Translations under genes and position numbers: made by a program
In this document: in pieces, positions 57,365 through 64,000 of the stretch
How the letters are laid out: every line of letters starts with the position of its first letter
Position numbering within the stretch: position 1 is the first letter of the stretch
The notes under the pieces: generated by a model
The model's database searches: none
Told to the model about the DNA's origin: nothing
What the model saw: only the letters and a program-made list of their open reading frames with translations
Source of the DNA: Spirochaetia bacterium
GTDB lineage: Bacteria > Spirochaetota > Spirochaetia > CAKZLE01
DNA length: 64,000 nucleotides
NCBI GenBank assembly: GCA_963677595.1
Contig: OY782041.1
Coordinates: forward strand, 2,944,001 to 3,008,000
Reading direction: 5' to 3'

Positions 57365-57431
57365 CAGTATCGTATACGGAATACGGGATGCAGAAAGTGT
57401 CTGCAGAATATGTCTGCAGAATATGTCTGCA
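57365..57431. promoter_or_regulatory. Probable GntR operator 2 followed by a 13-bp tandem repeat
   Basis: CGTATACGGAATACG at 57371-57385; TGTCTGCAGAATA x2.6 at 57398-57431. Confidence 0.65.
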
Positions 57432-57460
57432 TGAGTTATAAGAAGGAGTTGTTTTTTATC

Positions 57461-59149
57461 ATGACCATCAGAGAGAAATATATCGCGGCAATCAGGGAAG
57501 AGCGTAAAGCCGCTTCCCGTGACGGTATACAGAAGGTACATGCTGGCCTGGAGAGGGGGGAGGTCGGGACGGTCCGGTCCTACCTGCTCTTCCACGCAGA
57601 TAGGGAGAATTGGGACGAAGAACTGGGGACCCTGCTGAAGGGACTCGGCCGGCTTATAGAGGAAGGTGACTACCAGGCGAAGCGTACAGGGCTCTCCGTG
57701 CTTGCCGGACTGGCGATCGACCTGCTGAGTTTCTTACCGATGTGGTACCTGAAGCCCGACGTCAGTGATGAGGTGCTTCACAGGGGAAGTGAGAAGGTTC
57801 AGGACCTGCTCGGGGAACTGGCCGCACGATATGCGCAGAGCGCGTCGGAGGTCCATGAAGGGATCATACGCAGGAGCAGGAAGCGGTTCGCCGCCGAGGC
57901 TGTTGCGGACGACGAGCTAGAGGATGAAGTACAGAAGCTGTGCGGCAGTTCGCTGCCGGAGTATGTCACGCGGATGATAGCGCAGCTGCATAGTTCGAAC
58001 CTCCTGGAGACAGCACGGCTCTTCAGGGAGGCGGGCAGCCCGACGGTCCTCGGCAACGATTACGGGGACTTCCTCGAGGAGACGCTCTGGATGGGGACCT
58101 CCTATGTCACCACCAACCCGCCGCTGATCAACCTCGCCTGGAACACGGAACCCGAGTTCTGGGACGGGGAGCTTGAAGCCTACACCAGGGAGAACCATAT
58201 CGACCTGAGCAGTGAGGGGGCAGCGACCACCCTCTGCAGGGCTGCGACCATGCTGGTGGTGGAGCGCAACTGTCGCCGTCTCAGGGACATCTTCCTGCTC
58301 ACTGAAGGGAAGCAGGGCTACTGCTGCTACCAGGTCAACCCCAACAACCACAACCATGCCGACGGCATGGTCGAGGAGGTCGCAGCGGTCTACGGACTGC
58401 TTGAGGAACGGCTCGGAGGCGTGCCGAACGTCTCCTTCAAGCTGCCGGGTACCCCGGCAAGCGTGGAGGCGGCAAAGACGTTGAGCGCCTGGGGCGTCTC
58501 CTTGACCATCACCCTCGAGTTCGGACTCTTCCAGGCGGTGGAGTTCGCGAAGATATTCTCGGCAGGGGAGGCGATCACCAGCAATGTGGTCGTCATGAAC
58601 GGGCGTCTCGCTTTCCCGGTTCGGGATGAACTCATCGCCAATGGGATCGAGGGCGGTTCGGAAGCCTCGAAGCTCGCAGGTGTGGAAGTCTCCAGGCACC
58701 TCTACCGCACGCTCTATGAGGGAGGTCTTGGGATCGACCCCCAACGGGTGAGGATCATGAATGCCTCCCTGCGGATCTACGGCTCTGATATCCCGGACCT
58801 CATCGAGCTCTGGGGCTTCCCGCTGATCACGATCTTCCCCAATGTGCGGAGGGTCTACGACGCCGTACCGCGGGAGATCACCATCGACCGGACGGCAGGG
58901 GAGACCCCTGCCGATGTCATGGCGGTCCTGCATGAGAGCGAGATCTTCAGGCAGGCATGGTGGACCGAGGGGGATTCCCCCGATACGAGACCAACGCAGT
59001 TGCTGGTACTCTCCGACGAGATGGAACCGCAGGTCGTCAGCTGGGGACCGATCACCGCGACGCTGGACCAGTTCCTCGGCTCGTATGCAGAGCTGGAGAC
59101 CCGTGTGAAGCGCATCATCGCAGGGATGAAGAAGGAGGAGACAGCATGA
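57461..59149 (+). CDS. Transaldolase-family protein with ~200-aa N-terminal extension
   Basis: VTTNP, FKLPGT (Schiff-base Lys), NGRL and MNASLR motifs. Confidence 0.85.
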   Translation: MTIREKYIAAIREERKAASRDGIQKVHAGLERGEVGTVRSYLLFHADRENWDEELGTLLKGLGRLIEEGDYQAKRTGLSVLAGLAIDLLSFLPMWYLKPDVSDEVLHRGSEKVQDLLGELAARYAQSASEVHEGIIRRSRKRFAAEAVADDELEDEVQKLCGSSLPEYVTRMIAQLHSSNLLETARLFREAGSPTVLGNDYGDFLEETLWMGTSYVTTNPPLINLAWNTEPEFWDGELEAYTRENHIDLSSEGAATTLCRAATMLVVERNCRRLRDIFLLTEGKQGYCCYQVNPNNHNHADGMVEEVAAVYGLLEERLGGVPNVSFKLPGTPASVEAAKTLSAWGVSLTITLEFGLFQAVEFAKIFSAGEAITSNVVVMNGRLAFPVRDELIANGIEGGSEASKLAGVEVSRHLYRTLYEGGLGIDPQRVRIMNASLRIYGSDIPDLIELWGFPLITIFPNVRRVYDAVPREITIDRTAGETPADVMAVLHESEIFRQAWWTEGDSPDTRPTQLLVLSDEMEPQVVSWGPITATLDQFLGSYAELETRVKRIIAGMKKEETA

Positions 59150-60822
59150 GTACCTACCAGTTCGGCAAGCTTGCCATCGACCCGAAGACCAACCCTGCCG
59201 TGCTCGATACGCTCACCTGGGACGAAGATACGGTTACCCGCGATATTCAGGCCAAGCGTATGACCATAGATGAGCATGCCGATGCCTCCTATCATGGGGC
59301 GGAGTATCGGGTCGGCTCGTTCGATGATGCGCAGAAGGTCATCATCGCAGTGGGGGAGGCTGAATCCCCCTTCCCGGATGCACCGATCCTCACGGAAGGG
59401 GCCGGGGCTAAGGTCGGGCGTCGCGTCTACCCGATGACGGATGCCAACCTCCATGCCTATGTGACGAAGATCCATCCCCGCAAGGGTCCGAGGGCTCTTG
59501 GGGCCGTACCACGGCTCGGTATCGGGGTGAGGCAGTCAACGACCATGTGGCCCGGTATCTGGAAGGCGATGAACCGGGGGGACTTCTCTGCCAATGCCAT
59601 CCAGAACTCGGTGCGGGAGCTCCATATACTCGAACGGCTCAAGGAGGGGAAGCCCCCAAGGGTCAACCACCTCTTCAGCTTCGGTGCCGTCCAGGAGGGA
59701 CATGCCGGCAGCACCTTCGAGGGGCTGTGGACCGCCGGGGTGGCTTCTGCGCTCTCCAGTGAGTACTACCCCCGCTACGGCGCGGATGCCGACCACCTCC
59801 AGGTCAAGCGAGGCCCGGAGGGGATCGAGCGTACCAAGGAGTTCATCAGAGCTTCCCGCTACTACACCTTCTATACCCTCGATGTGTCGGACATCCTCGA
59901 CTACGAGGCGCTCACGCTCTTCAGCGCCGGCGAGGCCCTCAGCCTGCTGGAGGAGACGATCCCCGATGTGAACCTGAGGAAGGATATCCTCTTCTACCAC
60001 CGGCAGCGGAAGGTCATCGGGAAGCAGGTCTATGACTTCGACGAAGCGACGATCGCGCGTCTCGTCGGCAAGTACTGGAAGGCTCTCGATGCGGTCGAGG
60101 AGCTCGATAAGTACATTCAGGAGCTCAAAGGCGGCGAGGCTTTCGACCTCGAGCTCAGCATCGATGAGAACCCGCCGGAAGTGACGACCTTCGAGTCGAT
60201 CACCATGAACGGGGAGCTGCTTTTCCTCATGGAGGAGATCAACAGACGCGGGATCGGGGTCACCCATATCGCGCCGAACTTCGGGGTGGAGAAGTGTACC
60301 GATTACCGTGGGACAGATGGTCTCGAGGGGCTGGGGCGGAGAGTCGCCGAACAGTCCCTCATGGCTTCGGAGTACGGCTTCATGCTCGACTGCCACTCAG
60401 GCGACGACCTGAGCCGGAAGACCCGGCAGGTCATCGGGAAGGCTGCGAAGGGCAGGATCCACTATAAGGTATCGCCGTCGCTGCAGGTCCTCTATGCGCA
60501 GGTGCTCTCCCAGGTGGACCCTGAGAAGTTCCTGCTCTGGTGGCAGGAGACCTATGAACTGGCTCGGGAGAGTGCACGGGGCGGTTCGTCCGTCGCACAG
60601 GATGCCCTCTTCCGCTACAAGCAGTTCGAGAACCCCGAACCCTCGGCAGACCACTTCTTCTTCCAGGAGTATAACTTCGCTGCTGTGGGAAGGCGGGATG
60701 CGAACGGTCAGTTCGTCAACAGGGAGCGGTTCTATGATGTGAGCGATGAGTTCCAGCAGCTGCTGACACAGAGGCTCGAGGCCCACCTGTGCAGCTGGGC
60801 TGCTGATCTCTTCGACCACTGA
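59146..60822 (+). CDS. Tagaturonate/fructuronate epimerase (UxaE)-family protein
   Basis: QNSVREL, GADADHL, ELSIDE, HSGDD and HYK motifs; ATGA overlap with the upstream gene. Confidence 0.8.
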   Translation: MSTYQFGKLAIDPKTNPAVLDTLTWDEDTVTRDIQAKRMTIDEHADASYHGAEYRVGSFDDAQKVIIAVGEAESPFPDAPILTEGAGAKVGRRVYPMTDANLHAYVTKIHPRKGPRALGAVPRLGIGVRQSTTMWPGIWKAMNRGDFSANAIQNSVRELHILERLKEGKPPRVNHLFSFGAVQEGHAGSTFEGLWTAGVASALSSEYYPRYGADADHLQVKRGPEGIERTKEFIRASRYYTFYTLDVSDILDYEALTLFSAGEALSLLEETIPDVNLRKDILFYHRQRKVIGKQVYDFDEATIARLVGKYWKALDAVEELDKYIQELKGGEAFDLELSIDENPPEVTTFESITMNGELLFLMEEINRRGIGVTHIAPNFGVEKCTDYRGTDGLEGLGRRVAEQSLMASEYGFMLDCHSGDDLSRKTRQVIGKAAKGRIHYKVSPSLQVLYAQVLSQVDPEKFLLWWQETYELARESARGGSSVAQDALFRYKQFENPEPSADHFFFQEYNFAAVGRRDANGQFVNRERFYDVSDEFQQLLTQRLEAHLCSWAADLFDH

Positions 60823-60847
60823 TGATTGACACACAGGAGATGGTATA

Positions 60848-61651
60848 ATGTTCAGATTACATGGGGAAGTCGCCCTCGTTGTGGGTGCCGGTTCTGGGAT
60901 AGGCCGTACCTGCGCCGTAAGGCTCGCAGCCGAAGGCGCGAAGGTCGCTGTGGCCGATATCCAGGCAGAAGGCGCCGACGAGACGGTACGGCAGATCAGG
61001 GAGGATGGAGGGACGGCCCAGGCTGTCCTGGTCAACCTCTCACAGTTGGAGAGCATCGAGAAGATGGTCGCCGGGGTAGTGAGCCTCTACGGGCGTATAG
61101 ACATGCTCGTAAACGTGGCGGGTATCTGCCAGAGCAAGCCCTTCCTTGAGGTGACCGAAGGAGAATGGGACCGCATCATCGACATCAACGAGAAGGGTAC
61201 GGCATTCTGCATGCAGTCCGTCGCGAAGCAGATGGTCAGCCAGATTGGGGAGGATGCTGCTCCAGGTTGTCACGGGAAGATCGTCAACTTCTCGTCGATC
61301 TCGGGACGCAGGGGCAGGGCGCTGCAGATCCACTACGCTGCATCCAAGGCAGCGGTGATCAGCCTCACCCAGTCGGGAGCGCTTGCGCTCTCCCCCTACG
61401 GGATCACCGTCAATGCGGTCTCCCCGAGCGTGGTGAAGACCCCGATGTGGGAGAAGAACGTGGCGGAGAAGAGTAAGGCCTTCGGCAACGACGTCGAGGA
61501 GGAGACGAGGGAGTTCCTCTCAAGGATCCCGCTCCAGCGGGCAGGGACCGCTGACGAGATGGCGGACGCCGTGCTCTTCCTCTGCTCGGAGGGATCGAAC
61601 TATATCACCGGCCAGACACTCAACGTGGACGGCGGATTCGAGATGGACTAG
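60848..61651 (+). CDS. SDR oxidoreductase (polyol/sorbitol dehydrogenase-like)
   Basis: GAGSGIG, SGRRG...HYAASK and TGQTLNVDGG motifs. Confidence 0.92.
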   Translation: MFRLHGEVALVVGAGSGIGRTCAVRLAAEGAKVAVADIQAEGADETVRQIREDGGTAQAVLVNLSQLESIEKMVAGVVSLYGRIDMLVNVAGICQSKPFLEVTEGEWDRIIDINEKGTAFCMQSVAKQMVSQIGEDAAPGCHGKIVNFSSISGRRGRALQIHYAASKAAVISLTQSGALALSPYGITVNAVSPSVVKTPMWEKNVAEKSKAFGNDVEEETREFLSRIPLQRAGTADEMADAVLFLCSEGSNYITGQTLNVDGGFEMD

Positions 61652-61669
61652 AGAGGGGAGAAACGATAT

Positions 61670-62758
61670 ATGAATGCAAAGGAACGTATACAGGCGGTGC
61701 TGCATCACCGGATGCCGGACAGGGTGCCCATCAACGAGTTTCTCTACAGCAAGGAGCTCTACCAGCATGTCCTTGGCCATAAGCCGGAGTTCTACAATGG
61801 CGAGGATGTCATGAACTGCGCACGGAAGCTCGGGATCGACATGGGGGTCCTGCCTATCGGGGGATTCTCCGGAATCGGGAATACCGCAGAGGATTCTGAT
61901 GTCTACATCGACGAGTGGGGGATCACCTACCACAAGCCGGAGGAGCACTCCTGGCCGTCGGGGGTCCCGATCGGGTTCCCCCTCACCGGCGCGGCGGACT
62001 GGAAGGGCTACTCGATTCCCGATATTCGGACCCCGGGCAGGCTCAAGGAGATCGACATCGCGGTGAGGCTGGGGAACGAGTACGGGATGGGCGTCTTCGG
62101 GAGCATCAGGGGGCCGTTCACGGCATCCTGGCTGCTCTTCGGCTTCGACCACTTCTCCATGCTCCTCTATGATGACCCCGAGTTCCTCAAGGTGGTCATC
62201 CACCAGGTGACTGACTTCTTCATCGAGGCAGGGCGCATGCTGGCGAACGCCGGGGTGGATGCCGTCCTCTTTGCTGACGACTACGGCAGCTCCACAGGAC
62301 CGTTGATCTCCCCTGCGCATTACCGGGAGTATATATGGCCGGAGGTGAATCGTCTGGTCTCGGGTATCAAGGAGGCCGGGGTGCCGGTGATCATGCACAG
62401 TGACGGCAACCTCAATGCCTTCCTCGATGACATCATGCAGAGCACCCCGATCGACGGATACCATCCTATCGAGCGGAATGCCGGGATGGATATCGCGGAG
62501 GTGAAGCGGAAGTACGGCCATGACCATGTGCTCATGGGTAACGTCAACAACCAGGGAGTCCTGGTGGACGGGTCGGTCGACGATGTGGTGGAGGCGACGA
62601 AGGAGTGCCTCAGGTCGGCAGCGCCGGGCGGGGGCTACATCCTCGGTTCAGACCACAGCATCCATGACGACATGCCCATTGAGAACATCCTGGCCATGAT
62701 CGATACCGGTCTCACCTATGGGACCTATCCCCTTGATATGGAAGCATTGAGCAGGTAG
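61670..62758 (+). CDS. Uroporphyrinogen decarboxylase/MtaA-family protein
   Basis: MNAKER...PDRVP, DEWG, GPF, DDYG...LISP, HSDG and GGYILGSDHSI motifs. Confidence 0.88.
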   Translation: MNAKERIQAVLHHRMPDRVPINEFLYSKELYQHVLGHKPEFYNGEDVMNCARKLGIDMGVLPIGGFSGIGNTAEDSDVYIDEWGITYHKPEEHSWPSGVPIGFPLTGAADWKGYSIPDIRTPGRLKEIDIAVRLGNEYGMGVFGSIRGPFTASWLLFGFDHFSMLLYDDPEFLKVVIHQVTDFFIEAGRMLANAGVDAVLFADDYGSSTGPLISPAHYREYIWPEVNRLVSGIKEAGVPVIMHSDGNLNAFLDDIMQSTPIDGYHPIERNAGMDIAEVKRKYGHDHVLMGNVNNQGVLVDGSVDDVVEATKECLRSAAPGGGYILGSDHSIHDDMPIENILAMIDTGLTYGTYPLDMEALSR

Positions 62759-62789
62759 TCTTCCTACCATAAGCAGTCTACTAGCTCCC

Positions 62790-62822
62790 GAGGGCACCTG
62801 TACCATCAGCGCAGGTGCCCTC
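62790..62822. terminator. Hairpin between convergent genes
   Basis: GAGGGCACCTG-N11-CAGGTGCCCTC. Confidence 0.5.
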
Positions 62823-62924
62823 ATCTTTGTCCGACTACCAACCGCCTGCATCATCCCCAATAACCGGTTGCTACCGGACTTTCGTCATGACAGAGGAATA
62901 TCACATGAAAAAGGTAATGGCTGT

Positions 62925-63893
62925 TCAGGGACAGAGCTCCGGTGCGTGGACCAGTCGGATGGTATCGGTTGAGCCATCGATAAGCTGCAGCAGTGCTTCT
63001 GCTGCTTCCCGGTATATATAGCTGATCCCGATCTCGATTGATGCTGGTTTCTTTTCCAGGACCAGGAGTTCCGTACTGTTGTCGTATCCGATCACTGGGC
63101 AGTGATCCTGAAGATTGATCTGTCTCTTGAACAGGGAAGTCAGCGTCCGTACCAGATGCATGTCATTGACTGAGGCGAGTCCGTCGATGCTCTTTTTCTG
63201 GATGTCCATAAACAGCTGATCGAACCAGTCAGACTGTTCATCCCGGTTGTAGATCCTGCATTCGGGGTATATCGACCTGAAGCCCTGTTCCCTGAGTTTG
63301 TGGGAGAACGGGTCCTCGCTGTAGGTGATGTACACCGGGTTCGCGCAGTCCCTGGACTTCAGGTACTCCGCCTGAATGACCCCTCCCCTGAAGTTGTCAG
63401 TTGCCGAGAAGTTCACATCCTTTAGATGTGCAGCCCTGTGGCAGATCACGTAGGGTATTTCCCAGGAATCTATATAGCGCGACTCCTCAGCCGTGACGAA
63501 GTCAAAGATCATGATACCGTCACAGTGGGCTTTGACATCCTTGGCACTGATGGAGTAGATGGAGGAGACCTGCTTGATCTCGAAGAAGTAGGGCTGCTCC
63601 TCGAAGTAATTGGTGAGTGTCAGCAATGCCTCCGAGAAGATCCAGTAATTTCTCTTTATATTGGTCCAGTAGTGTCCGTCTTCCCGTTTCACGTAGAGGA
63701 GCATGATCGTATTGGTCCCTTTCCTTCTGAGGGCGCTGGCATTCTTGTCGAGCTTGTATCCCATGGATTCTGCTGCTTCCATGATCTTCTGGCGGGTCGC
63801 CGGAGAAACCTTGTCCGGCCTGCTGAATGCCCTGGATACGGTTGCCTGGGATACTCCCACGACTTTTGCTATCATATAACTGTCAACTTTCAT
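62925..63893 (-). CDS. LacI-family transcriptional regulator
   Basis: IAKVVGVSQATVSRAF HTH and VIGYDN motif. Confidence 0.92.
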   Translation of the reverse strand: MKVDSYMIAKVVGVSQATVSRAFSRPDKVSPATRQKIMEAAESMGYKLDKNASALRRKGTNTIMLLYVKREDGHYWTNIKRNYWIFSEALLTLTNYFEEQPYFFEIKQVSSIYSISAKDVKAHCDGIMIFDFVTAEESRYIDSWEIPYVICHRAAHLKDVNFSATDNFRGGVIQAEYLKSRDCANPVYITYSEDPFSHKLREQGFRSIYPECRIYNRDEQSDWFDQLFMDIQKKSIDGLASVNDMHLVRTLTSLFKRQINLQDHCPVIGYDNSTELLVLEKKPASIEIGISYIYREAAEALLQLIDGSTDTIRLVHAPELCP

Positions 63894-64000
63894 ATTCCAC
63901 TACCTGATGCATACGAATGTATTAATTTGTTTGTATTAGGTATATAATATCATATCTTTATAAAATAAACAAATAATAAATATTTTTCTTGACATATCCT

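Noticed and set aside
57398-57431. CRISPR array
   Set aside because: A 13-bp head-to-tail repeat without spacers; no cas genes or repeat-spacer array were seen in the window.
60826-60849. Consensus promoter TTGACA...TATAAT before the SDR gene
   Set aside because: The spacing is only 12 bp, and the segment is explained by the AGGAG RBS and start codon within an operon.
61670-62758. hemE (heme biosynthesis)
   Set aside because: It lacks the RQAGR motif of true HemE, and no hem genes are nearby.

Overview
High-GC bacterial chromosomal window, most likely from an anaerobic spirochaete (Sphaerochaeta/Spirochaetales-like; inferred from the BMP lipoprotein and the ...MANGSQE solute-binding signal peptide). 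From left to right it contains: (1) an IS1634-type transposase; (2) an SGNH hydrolase gene duplicated as a 560-bp direct repeat around a low-GC AbiEi/AbiEii toxin-antitoxin pair; (3) a ~23 kb Wzx/Wzy exopolysaccharide locus (6.7-29.9 kb) with unusual extras: a divergent degenerate GGDEF protein, a STAS plus PP2C/kinase partner switch, a Pol-beta-type nucleotidyltransferase plus alkaline-phosphatase-superfamily pair, a GH9 lipoprotein, and a flippase-GNAT fusion that depends on a G8 tract; (4) a LacI-controlled nucleoside-type ABC operon with a deaminase, an MBL hydrolase and a TauE exporter; (5) a toxin-antitoxin/defence-like patch (BrnTA, AlbA_2, Rpn, pRiA4b ORF3); (6) a diguanylate cyclase, creatininase-family gene with regulator, and serine hydrolase; (7) a low-GC AAA_21 ATPase plus RloB/TOPRIM-like pair; (8) a catabolic locus with three URO-D/MtaA-fold paralogs, a TRAP transporter, an atypical transaldolase, a UxaE-like epimerase, an SDR and twin GntR regulators. 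Locus 8 is the best candidate for an undescribed pathway. No rRNA, tRNA or CRISPR array was recognised. All family calls come from motif recognition by eye, not database searches.
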